DNA of 64,000 nt from an uncultured delta proteobacterium (GCA_963745025.1 CAVUWD010000013.1:96001-160000), one strand, 5' to 3'; numbered from the stretch's first letter, positions 28,919 through 38,124 are shown. Notes: a model not told the origin generated them from the sequence alone. Program-made: numbers and translations.

Positions 28919-31351
28919 TCAGGCCGAGAGCCGCCTCGTCGCGTCGAGCTCCCCGCTGGTCGAGACGCCGAGTCGGCAGAGAGTCAGTAGGGTGGCGACC
29001 ACGGCGGCGAACGCTGAAATTGCTGCGCCGATCTTGACCGACCTCGGTCGATAGAGGAACTCCACGGTGTGTTCCCCCGCCGGCACTACGACGCCGCGAA
29101 CGAACGCGTTCGTCTGGTATATCTCGAGGGGGACCCCGTCGCTGTCTGCGGTCCACCCCGGAAAGTCCGACTCGTTCAGGACTAGAAACGCCGCCGCTTG
29201 CGAGCGGACGTGGATGCGCACGCGGTCGTCTTCTTTGCTGACGAGGCTCGCTTCAGGATTAGCCGCCTCGCCCTGCCGAGCATTGGTCCAGCCCGTTGGA
29301 AGCTCGGGGACGATGGCCACGTCCTCGCAGGCGAAGTCCGGCTGCGCGATCGTGTCTACCGCTTTCGACGTCAGTGGCTCGGCACGTAAGGTAGTGACGG
29401 CCGTAACCAGCGGGCAGGGGTCCGGGATGCGATACACAAAAAACGGAGAGGGCGCCGACGGCGATAAACGCTCGAGGCCTGGCACATCCAGAGCCTCGGG
29501 GCCGATCAGCAACCGCACGCCGTACGCTCGCGCGAGAGCCACGGCGCGTTGGCGAGGCAGATGGATCAACGATTGCAGGAGAAGCTGGTCCGAGGTCCGA
29601 CCCACGGCATCGCCTCCGGACAGTGCCGCGACGTCTGCGGCCAGGCCGATGTCGGGGTAGAGAGCTTGCCAAAGCTCCTCGTATAGGGAGCTCAGATCCT
29701 GCGAGGCACTGATCTGCTCCGCCCAAGGAGTCAGCCCCGCAATTGGCACGCTTCGGTTCTTTTGTTCGTCAAATGCGGTCAACTGGTAGTGAAAGATCCG
29801 TTCGTGCTTCGCGCGCAGTAAATCCGGGTCGACCAGGAACCCTCTTTGCTGTAGCCGACTCCACGGCATGCTCAGATTGAGGTTGCCGTGCACGGAACCC
29901 AGATCGACGGCTACGAAGGCAAGGAGGAGCGCCGAGAAGCTCGACGGACTGAGCACTCTCCGATGAAGAAGCAAGAGGAACAGCAAGATGCCCATCATTG
30001 AGAGCAGGCGCCTGAGCTTCAGATCGATGTCGATGGCGAGATCCACGAACTGCCAAGGGGGGAGATACTTCCCAGCGATCACCGGAAGGATCTCGAGGTA
30101 GCGCTCCGGATGAGCCCAACGGAGGCCGAGCAGCGCGGCAGCGACCGTCACGAACGTGAGCGAGACGACGTAGGTCAATCGCTCCGCCTCGCCTCGCCGC
30201 CGAACGATCTGCTGAGCCCCTTCGGCCGCTAGAATGGCGGCAGCGAAATGAGCCGCAAAGAAGAACTTCTCGGGAAAGCGAAACTTTCCGACCAGCGCAG
30301 GAAACATATGGTAAAGCCAGACGAACACCGGATTGCGCGCGCCCAAGGCGAGTAGGACCCCGGCGAGCAGCACGGCGGCCCAGAACCGCCGCTCGGCGCC
30401 ATAGACGACGCCGACGATCGCCAGGCAAAGCGGTGCGATACCGATATAGAAGCTGAGGATCCAAGGGAGGCTGCGCTCGAGTTGGGGTCCGAGAGAGCTC
30501 GTCTCCGCTCCCCCGATCAAGGTTCCCGTGTGCGGGATGAGAAGCTGAAGGAGAGATACCGGCTGGAGCGACCAGGCAGTGACTTCGTGCAGGGGCAGCG
30601 CCGAGCCGCGAGGCGAGTGCCGCAGGTACTCCGCTGTCGGGACGATTTGCGCCGCCGTCAGAGCCAACGCGAGAGCGCAACCGAGACCGAGCATGAGCTC
30701 CGTTCGCACCACGGCCACGGGATCCGGAGCCGCGGCGTACGCGGCCCAAGCCGACACGATCGTCAGGGTCATGAGGAGCGTTTCGGGCGATCCCGCGAGA
30801 AGCTGGAGCACGATCGCCAGTGAAAAGACGACTAGGCTCCTCGGCCCGGGCTGCTCGAAAAGACGCATCGCCGCCAGGAGGACCCACGGCGACCAAACCG
30901 CGCCCTGAAGATGGTTCGTCAGGTTCATCATCGAGACGAGGTCGCCGCCGAGGGCGAACGTGATCCCGCCGACCGACGCCGCAAGCAGCCCGAGCCCGCG
31001 CCGGCGAAGAAGCGCCCACATGCCGCTCATCGCCACCAGATAGTGGGCGACCAGATAGAGGCCGAAGCCGAACGGGAACGGAACCAGCAAGAGCAAGCTC
31101 ATCGGATAGAAGACCCCCGCTTGAGGGTTGGCCAAGAACGGGGTTCCCATGTTGATGAGCGGATTCCACAGCGGGATCTCGGCATGACGCAGGTGCGCCG
31201 CCAGGAACAGCTTATGTGGAACCGTGAAGAGCAGCAGGTCACGGTAGATGGGCACCTCGCCTCCCCAGAGGATGTGACGAAAGGTGCCGACGACGAACGT
31301 CGAGCAGAGCATTAGACACGCAGTGGCGACGATTCGTGAGGACGGCTTCAT
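28919..31351 (-). CDS. YfhO-family GT-C membrane protein
   Basis: PIYRDLL, EIPLWNP, GTPFLANPQAGVFYP, FRFPEKF, LNESDFPGW, RGVVVPAGEHTVEFLYRP. Confidence 0.87.
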   Translation of the reverse strand: MKPSSRIVATACLMLCSTFVVGTFRHILWGGEVPIYRDLLLFTVPHKLFLAAHLRHAEIPLWNPLINMGTPFLANPQAGVFYPMSLLLLVPFPFGFGLYLVAHYLVAMSGMWALLRRRGLGLLAASVGGITFALGGDLVSMMNLTNHLQGAVWSPWVLLAAMRLFEQPGPRSLVVFSLAIVLQLLAGSPETLLMTLTIVSAWAAYAAAPDPVAVVRTELMLGLGCALALALTAAQIVPTAEYLRHSPRGSALPLHEVTAWSLQPVSLLQLLIPHTGTLIGGAETSSLGPQLERSLPWILSFYIGIAPLCLAIVGVVYGAERRFWAAVLLAGVLLALGARNPVFVWLYHMFPALVGKFRFPEKFFFAAHFAAAILAAEGAQQIVRRRGEAERLTYVVSLTFVTVAAALLGLRWAHPERYLEILPVIAGKYLPPWQFVDLAIDIDLKLRRLLSMMGILLFLLLLHRRVLSPSSFSALLLAFVAVDLGSVHGNLNLSMPWSRLQQRGFLVDPDLLRAKHERIFHYQLTAFDEQKNRSVPIAGLTPWAEQISASQDLSSLYEELWQALYPDIGLAADVAALSGGDAVGRTSDQLLLQSLIHLPRQRAVALARAYGVRLLIGPEALDVPGLERLSPSAPSPFFVYRIPDPCPLVTAVTTLRAEPLTSKAVDTIAQPDFACEDVAIVPELPTGWTNARQGEAANPEASLVSKEDDRVRIHVRSQAAAFLVLNESDFPGWTADSDGVPLEIYQTNAFVRGVVVPAGEHTVEFLYRPRSVKIGAAISAFAAVVATLLTLCRLGVSTSGELDATRRLSA

Positions 31352-33811
31352 TCGGCCTGCTGCGCCTCGATCGTTCTCGCTGTCCCTTTACGCGTTCCTG
31401 TTCCGAAGAGAACGAGCAGGAGCACCACGAGCGTGATGCCGCTCGTGGCGGCTCCGATCCGGAACGAGGCAGGGCGGTATGCGAACGCCACCTCGTGCTT
31501 ACCGGCGGGCACGACGATGCCTCGGACGAGAGAGTTGGCGCGTAGAATCTCCGTCGACTGTCCATCGAGGGTGGCTGCCCAACCGGGGAAATAGGAATCG
31601 TTCACCACGAGGAGCGCGGTGCAGAGGGACTCGACCTCGAACCGTTGTCGATCATCCGTCTGCTCAGCGACGATCACTCTACCCGGCGAAGGAGCGGACG
31701 CCGTCACAGAGGTTCCGCCAATCCTTCGGGGGGGAGCTCACCACCGCGTCGGCGCCGGGCTGGAAAATCGGCGAGATCATTCGATTGAATGCCTCGAGAT
31801 CGCTGCTGACCGAATGCACTCGAGTCGCCAGGTAGGCCTGAGGGAGGACTTGGTCCAGCTGGTAGACGTAGAATGGAAAGTCATGAGGGGTCGGAACCCG
31901 ATGCAGGGAGGGGACGTCGAGAGGCGTTGCGCCGATCAAATAGAGGACTGAAAATATCCCGAGAAGCTTCACCGACTGGGGGCGTGTCGGCAGCGACAGC
32001 GCGTCGCTCAACATGTTTTCCGAGGCGCGAGTGATCCCATCGCCTCCACTCAGGGTCCCGATGCCCTCGAGCATCGGAGTGTTGAACATCAGTGCTTGCC
32101 ACGCCTCTTCGAAAAGGCTGCGCGCCGAGTCGCTCCTCCAGCCCAGCCGCGAAAGATTTACGAGGCCCCGGACGGGCTTTGGCTCCTGGCCGGGAAAGGC
32201 GGCGGAGTCGGTCTGGTAGTGAAAAAGTCGCAGGCGGTCCCGGCGAAGCGCCGTGAGATCGACGAACACCGGCCGATCTTTCAATCTGGCCCAAGGGAGC
32301 GCGAGATTGAGGTCGTAGTGGGCCGTGGCAAGGTCGGTGGCTACCAGGCCGGCCAGCAAGACGGAGATAGTCGACCGTGAGAGGAATCCCCGGCGCCGGA
32401 AGAGTAGTAGAGCCGCGAAGGCCCCGAGGATGAGAAGCGCCCGCCACGCGCGGAAAGCGACGCTCTCCCCGAGCGATGCCAGCGCGTCGGCCCCGCGAAA
32501 ACCGCCGCTCAGGAAAACGATCCCTTGCAGGTAGGCGGCCGGAAAAGCCTGCCGCGCTAACACGAAGACGGTGCTGATGGCCGCCAGCGTCGCCGCTGTG
32601 ATCCACGCCAACCTCTCCGCGCGCGGCCGCTCTGCCAGCACCTCGTCTACGCCGAACGCGGCGAGCATGGCGACGCCGATGTGGGTGACGAAGAAGAACT
32701 TCTCGGGGAACCGAAACCGACCGACGATCTGTGGCGCGATTTGAAGAAGGAACGGAAGCACCGGTAGATGCCTCCCTAGAGCGAGAAAGATCGCCGCACC
32801 GGCAGCGGGTGTCCATAGCCAGCGCTCGCGAGCGAAGGCGGCCCCGACCACGGCCAGGCACAGCGGTACCAGGCCGAAATAGAGGCTCACGATCCACGGC
32901 TGCGTACTTTCGAACATGGGGCAGAGATCTCCGGGACGGTCACCCGGCCCGAGCGCGCTGCCATGGGGGAACAGGAGCTGGAGGAGTGATACGGGCTCCA
33001 TGGACCAGCTCATCACCTCGACGTAGGGAAGTGCCTGGTTTCGCGCCGATTCGCGAATGTACTCAGCCGTGGGAAGGATCTGAACCGCGGTCAGGCACGC
33101 CGCGGTGAGCAGCGCAACGGCTAGAGAAAGAGTGGCGATGGGTAGCTCGCGCCATTTTCCGATGGATCTGTAGCCGGTCTCGGCTGCGGCCAAGCAGAGC
33201 GTCATCAGTAGGCTCTCGGGTGCGCCGGCGAGAATCTGCATCGCAACCAGAGCGGTGAACGCTAGCCAGCGGCCCACGGACGCCTTCTCGAGATGACGTT
33301 TCCAGGTGAGGAGAACCCATGGTGCCCACACGCCTGCCTGAAGATGATTCGTGACGTTCATCATCGACAGGAGATAGCCCCCGAGAGTGAACGTCAGGGC
33401 TCCGACGGCGGCTGCCGCAACGGAGCATCGGCGCGAGCGAATCAGGAACCACGCGCCGAGCAGCGCAACGAAGTAGTGGAATACGATGAAGACATCGAAG
33501 CCGAGGGGAAGGTCCAGAAGCAGAAGAATGCTCGGCGGATAAAACACTCCGGTCTGCAGACCGGCGAGAAATGGCGTGCCTAGAACGATCCACGGATTCC
33601 ACAACGGGATCATCCCCTGGCGCAGGCGACTCGCCAGAAACTCCTTGAAAGGAACCGCGAATACCAGCAGGTCGCGGAAGACGGGAATTTTTTGCCCGAG
33701 GAGCAGATCGAAGAAGAAGAGGGCCGTCCCGAGCAGGAGCGCTAAAATCGCGATCAGCGAGGATAACGGAAGACGCGGACGACTTGATGCAGGGAAGGGC
33801 TGGATGGGCAC
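31348..33811 (-). CDS. YfhO-family GT-C membrane protein; +1 frameshift near 31713
   Basis: ORF 31679-33877 plus 31348-31707 (VNDSYFPGW...RGIVVPAGKHEVAFAYRP) make one YfhO; start moved to GTG 33811 because ATG 33877 would place the 5' end across the terminator. Confidence 0.82.
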
Positions 33812-33836
33812 GGCCTGCGTCGCATTTCGCTTATCC

Positions 33837-33875
33837 AAAAAAGACGAGGGGGGCAACCGAAAGGCCGCCCCCCTC
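33837..33875 (-). terminator. Rho-independent terminator after pilA
   Basis: Minus strand GAGGGGGGCGGCC-TTTC-GGTTGCCCCCCTC then GTCTTTTTT. Confidence 0.9.
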
Positions 33876-33908
33876 ATGCTTTGTTATGCTAGGCGAGATC
33901 CGAGTCAG

Positions 33909-34277
33909 TTACTGGGTGATGATCTGGCCGGTCGTGGACTGGAAAATCCAAGAATCCGTGCCGCCGGTCGGGTCCGCGGAGAGCGTATACGACGTCGCAC
34001 TCGAGGCGGAGACCGAATCGTTGACCGCGGTGCTCTGACGGAAGCCGAAGGTCTTGAGAGTGGCAACCGTGGCACCGCCGTAGCTGTTGCCGTTCGACCC
34101 GTAGTACGCCTCCATGGCGGTCGCCATGTTGTGGAGGTCCGACTTTGCCTTGGAGTCGGCCGCCTGCTGCTTGTACGTGGCGTACTGCGGGATCGCGATC
34201 GCAGCGAGAATGCCGATGATCGCCACCACGACGAGCAGCTCGATCAATGTGAAGCCCTGTTCGTTCCTCTTGTTCAT
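33909..34277 (-). CDS. pilA: Type IVa major pilin (122-aa prepilin, 114-aa mature)
   Basis: MNKRNEQG|[24 protein letters not shown] class III signal peptide with E5; purine-rich RBS; own promoter and terminator; position in pil locus. Confidence 0.93.
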   Translation of the reverse strand: MNKRNEQGFTLIELLVVVAIIGILAAIAIPQYATYKQQAADSKAKSDLHNMATAMEAYYGSNGNSYGGATVATLKTFGFRQSTAVNDSVSASSATSYTLSADPTGGTDSWIFQSTTGQIITQ

Positions 34278-34350
34278 TTTTTCCTCTCTCCTTTGTTGTG
34301 GCAGACCGTTCTGGTCGCTTGCCTCTCGCGATTTTGGTAGTCCGTCACTC

Positions 34351-34366
34351 TGCAAACAGAGGACCA
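34351..34366 (-). promoter_or_regulatory. Sigma-54 (-24/-12) promoter of pilA
   Basis: Minus strand TGGTCCTCTGTTTGCA: GG-N10-GC with TTTGCA -12 element, about 75 nt upstream of pilA, next to a sigma-54 activator gene. Confidence 0.75.
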
Positions 34367-34417
34367 ACGCCAGGCCGCCTTAGCATGGCTCTCGAACATC
34401 TGATTATTACTCTGTGA

Positions 34418-34430
34418 TTTCAATTTGTTA
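34418..34430. promoter_or_regulatory. Putative IHF binding site
   Basis: TTTCAATTTGTTA is one mismatch from WATCAANNNNTTR, in an AT-rich patch upstream of the sigma-54 promoter. Confidence 0.45.
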
Positions 34431-34490
34431 TAGTGCATTCGGATTGCCTTGCACGTGTCTTCACAGCTCAGTGAGGTAGAGAGCAGAAAA

Positions 34491-34522
34491 CGTCACCCGA
34501 CCATTTTTTGACAAAAATCGAC
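34491..34522. promoter_or_regulatory. Candidate upstream activator sequence for the PilR-like protein
   Basis: TTTTTG-A-CAAAAA palindrome (34505-34517) with flanking GTCA/GAC half-sites about 140-150 nt upstream of the -24 box. Confidence 0.3.
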
Positions 34523-34531
34523 GAGGCCCCG

Positions 34532-36607
34532 TCAATCTCGCACCTCCCGCAGATCGATATCGCCAAATCCGTACTTACTGAGCCGATGCCGGAGTGACCG
34601 ATAGTTGATGCCGAGGATCTCGGCAGCCCGCTTTCGGACGCCGCCAGCCCGTCGTAAAGCCTCTTCAAGAAGGCGTTTTTCGATGGCTTCGAGCTCCGCG
34701 TCGAGGTTCGATGATCCAGCCTCCATCCATTCGACTTCGGCCGTCGACGTCGCGCCCTCGCTGCCTGCCCCCGTCGCATTGTTGACAGTGGCCGGAGCCG
34801 CGCCGTTTTTTCGTAGGTCGGCCGGCAGGTCTTCTTCCGTGATTATCTCGCTCTCTGCCAGGGCGACGGCGTGTTCGATGATGTTCTCGAGCTCACGGAT
34901 GTTCCCCGGATAGGAGTGACTCAGAAGACGTCGCATCGCCGGTGCAGAAAGCTTACAGACGGGGTGGTGGAGGGATTCGGCGAACTGAGCGAGGAAGTGC
35001 TCGATCAGCATGGGAAGATCGTCGGTTCGCTCGCGTAGCGGGGGCACCTGTATGCGGATCACGTTCAGCCGGTAGAAGAGGTCCTCGCGGAAGGTTCCCC
35101 GGCTGACCTCGCCCTCGAGGTCCCGGTTGGTGGCAGCGATGACGCGGACGTCTACCGCGATCTGGGTCTGTGCGCCGACGGGCGTAAATGACCGCTCCTG
35201 CAGCACCCTCAGCAGCTTCACCTGCAGCGCGAGCGGCAGGTCGCCGACCTCGTCGAGGAAGATCGTGCCGCCGTCGGCTGCGCGGAATAGCCCTCGACGG
35301 TCCGCGACCGCGCCTGTGAACGCTCCACGCACGTGTCCGAATAGCTCGCTCTCGATCAGGTTGGCGGGAATGGCCGCACAGTTCACGACTACCATCGGCT
35401 TTTCGCGGCGAGGGCCGAGCGCGTGGATCGCGCGGGCCACCAGCTCCTTTCCAGTACCGCTCTCCCCAGTGATCAACACCGTCGATTCCGTCGGGGCCAC
35501 CTTGTGAATGAGCTCGACGATCTGCAGCATTCGCTGGCTGCGTCCGAGGAATCCGACGATCTCCGGTACGTTCGGACGCGGCCGCTGATCGTCGAGCGCC
35601 GCCGGCTCCTCGAGCGACTCTGACGAGAGCTTCCTGAGCTGTGTGACGTCCTGCAGGATGAAGAGCGATCCGATCAGGTTGTCATACGTGTCCGTGAGCG
35701 GGGCCCGGGTGAAGCGCAGGATTTGCTCCTCCGCGTCGGGCTGCGCCCGATGCGAGAGCTCGATCGGGATCGGGTCGATCACTCTCTTGGCTCCGACCGG
35801 AGGTCGAAGCGCCGGAAAGACGTCGGAGATTCGCCGGCCGATGAGCTCCGCCCCCGGTCGTCCGATGATCGTCTCGATGGCTTGATTGGCGGACTTGACG
35901 AAGCCCTCGGGGTCGGTGGTGAGAACACCGCTCTCGAGGTTCTGAACCAATACCTTCTGCAGATTTTCGATTCGCTGGAAGTCCTCCTGCGACTCGCGCA
36001 GCTCTCGCTGCGTGCTGGCGGCACGCTCGACGAGGATCGACGACAGGAAGGCGATCGAGAAGAAGGAGGCGATGTTGGCGGCGATGTAAACCACACCGAG
36101 GCCCGTCGCCGGCGCCGGCGGCGCGAATCCCAAGACGCTCGGCAACGCGTGGTAGTAGACGAGGTTCATCAGCGTGCCGTAGGTGAGCGACGACAGTGCC
36201 GCGGCGGTGTAGGCGCCATGGCGGAGCAGCAGGAAGGCCGCGCCGATGATGGCCAGGTTGTACCAGACGCCCATCGGGCTCTCGAGCGCGCCGGTCAGCA
36301 GCACCGCGATCGAGTTCAAGAGGATGTCGAAGACGACCTGTGCGAGCGCGAACACGCGCAGGTTGTCGATGCGCGCCACGCCGTAGGCCGACGCGGCGGA
36401 GAACGCGTAGGCCAGGACGATCAACCCGGTGACCCCGCGCAGCGGAAAATTCGGGTCCGAATCCGGAGCGACGTGGGTGCCGGCGACGGCGCCGAGGAAA
36501 ACCGTGACGATCAGCACGCGCGCGAAGAGCCAGCCGCGGAGACGCGCGCGAAGAGCCTCCGGGGCGAGGTCGGTGCTGTTAAGAGCGTGCGTCACAGATC
36601 GCGCCAC
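34532..36607 (-). CDS. Membrane-anchored sigma-54 activator: PilS-like TM domain + PAS + AAA+ + Fis-type HTH (PilS-PilR fusion lacking kinase and receiver)
   Basis: aa ~25-193 six TM (QVVFD..LLTGALESP..Y), ~215-325 PAS ending QDVT, then GESGTGKE, ESELFGH, GAFTGA, FLDEVG, FREDLFYRLNV, C-terminal RAAEILGINYRSLRHRL; lies between pilC and pilA. Confidence 0.9.
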   Translation of the reverse strand: MARSVTHALNSTDLAPEALRARLRGWLFARVLIVTVFLGAVAGTHVAPDSDPNFPLRGVTGLIVLAYAFSAASAYGVARIDNLRVFALAQVVFDILLNSIAVLLTGALESPMGVWYNLAIIGAAFLLLRHGAYTAAALSSLTYGTLMNLVYYHALPSVLGFAPPAPATGLGVVYIAANIASFFSIAFLSSILVERAASTQRELRESQEDFQRIENLQKVLVQNLESGVLTTDPEGFVKSANQAIETIIGRPGAELIGRRISDVFPALRPPVGAKRVIDPIPIELSHRAQPDAEEQILRFTRAPLTDTYDNLIGSLFILQDVTQLRKLSSESLEEPAALDDQRPRPNVPEIVGFLGRSQRMLQIVELIHKVAPTESTVLITGESGTGKELVARAIHALGPRREKPMVVVNCAAIPANLIESELFGHVRGAFTGAVADRRGLFRAADGGTIFLDEVGDLPLALQVKLLRVLQERSFTPVGAQTQIAVDVRVIAATNRDLEGEVSRGTFREDLFYRLNVIRIQVPPLRERTDDLPMLIEHFLAQFAESLHHPVCKLSAPAMRRLLSHSYPGNIRELENIIEHAVALAESEIITEEDLPADLRKNGAAPATVNNATGAGSEGATSTAEVEWMEAGSSNLDAELEAIEKRLLEEALRRAGGVRKRAAEILGINYRSLRHRLSKYGFGDIDLREVRD

Positions 36608-36676
36608 ATGTCGCTCCCGTTGGTCGCGAGAGCTCTGCCGTGAGCGTTACCTCGGTAGCTCCCGTTGGTCGCGATC
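36589..36676. repeat. 88-bp REP-like element, copy A (two TCGCTCCCGnTGGTCGCGA-type cores)
   Basis: 78/88 identical by manual alignment to 43854-43941. Confidence 0.85.
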
Positions 36677-36701
36677 AGGCCCGTGTCGATGCGCTCTACC
36701 G

Positions 36702-36890
36702 AGCTAACCCGCATTTCTCGCCGGGCCTTCTGCTGCACGCGCCGATTGCGCGCCGTCTCGGCCCGTGCTCGCCCCGCCCTCCTCGACGTACGGAGAGAGT
36801 ACGCCTCCGTCGGTCGGTTCTGCGCTCAGGCCGAGACGGCGCACACTCGGTGCGTTCGCGACGAACGCCGACGAGAAAAGCGGGCTGAGT
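36702..36890. mobile_element. MITE-like long imperfect palindrome
   Basis: Outer IR AACCCGCATTTCTCG (36706-20) / CGAGAAAAGCGGGCT (36872-86); perfect 14-bp IR 36750-63 / 36829-42; central CGTAC-N7-GTACG. Confidence 0.55.
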
Positions 36891-36900
36891 TGCATCCTCT

Positions 36901-38124
36901 CTACTGACTGATCACGGCGCCCAACTGGAAGATCGGCAGGTACATCGAAATCACCAAGCCGCCGATGACCACGCCGAGGAACACGATCACGATCGGCTCC
37001 ATCAACGCCGTCAAGTTTGAGATCGCGTTGTCGACTTCTTCCTCGTAGAAATCGGCGATCTTGGCGAGCATGGAATCGAGCGCGCCGGTGGTCTCGCCGA
37101 CGGCGATCATCTGGCAGACCATCGGCGGGAAGACCTTGCTCTGGATGAGCGGCTCCGCGATTGTCTTGCCTTCGGAGATCGACACGCGCGTGGCGAGCAC
37201 CGCCTTCTCCACGACGCGGTTGCCCGCGGTTCGCGCGGTGATGGCGAGCGCATCCAGAATGGGAACACCCGAGGCGATCAGCGTACCCAAAGTCCGGGTG
37301 AAGCGAGCGACCGAAGACTTACGGAAGAGGTCACCGAAGATCGGCAGACGGAGGAGAATCCCGTCGATCGCCAGCTTCCCTTGATCCGTGCGGTAGAGCC
37401 ACACGGTGGCCACCCCGATCAACACGAACACAACCGCGATGTACGGAGCATATCTGACGGTGAAGTTGCTCAAGTTGATCACGAACTGCGTCGGCGCGGG
37501 CAGCGCCTGTCCGAAGCTCGAGAACAGCTCGGCGAACACTGGGATCACGTAGATCAGCAGGATCGCCGTGACGGCCATCGCCACCGTCACGATGGACGCT
37601 GGATAGATCATGGCGCCCTTGATCTTCGCCCTGAGCCTGGCGGCCTTCTCCATGTAGATGGCCAGCCGGTTCATGATGTTGTCGAGAATACCGCCGACTT
37701 CGCCGGCCGCCACCATGTTGATGTAGAGCTCGTCGAAGAGCTTCGGGTGCTTGCGAAGGGCCTCGTTGAACGAGGCTCCCGCCTCGACGTCGTCCTTGAT
37801 CTGCTGGATCGCGCGTCGCAGCGGCTTGACCGTGGCCTGCGCCTGCAGGATGTCTAAGCACTGGACGATCGGCAGGCCGGCGTCGATCATCGTCGCGAAC
37901 TGCCGCGTGAAGACGACGATGTCGCGTGTCTTCACGGTTTCGCCGAGACCCGGAATGCTGATCTGCCGATCGAGCCCCTTGCCCTTTTCCTTGATCTTGG
38001 CCGGAAGCGGCTGAATGCGCTGTGTGCGCAGGCGCACGATCACTGCGTCGCGGGTCGTAGCCTCCATCTCGCCCCGCATCACCTCGCCCCTGGGCGAGAT
38101 CCCTTCCCATCGGAATACTGCCAT
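36901..38124 (-). CDS. pilC: Type IV pilus inner-membrane platform protein PilC
   Basis: FTRQFATMIDAGLP, AGEVGGILD, AMIYP, GETTGALDSML, MYLPIF. Confidence 0.96.
   Translation of the reverse strand: MAVFRWEGISPRGEVMRGEMEATTRDAVIVRLRTQRIQPLPAKIKEKGKGLDRQISIPGLGETVKTRDIVVFTRQFATMIDAGLPIVQCLDILQAQATVKPLRRAIQQIKDDVEAGASFNEALRKHPKLFDELYINMVAAGEVGGILDNIMNRLAIYMEKAARLRAKIKGAMIYPASIVTVAMAVTAILLIYVIPVFAELFSSFGQALPAPTQFVINLSNFTVRYAPYIAVVFVLIGVATVWLYRTDQGKLAIDGILLRLPIFGDLFRKSSVARFTRTLGTLIASGVPILDALAITARTAGNRVVEKAVLATRVSISEGKTIAEPLIQSKVFPPMVCQMIAVGETTGALDSMLAKIADFYEEEVDNAISNLTALMEPIVIVFLGVVIGGLVISMYLPIFQLGAVISQ

Noticed and set aside
3462-33811. Glycan cluster as a mobile genomic island
   Set aside because: No integrase, transposase, tRNA or flanking direct repeats seen, and related paralogs occur among housekeeping genes at 41 and 56 kb.
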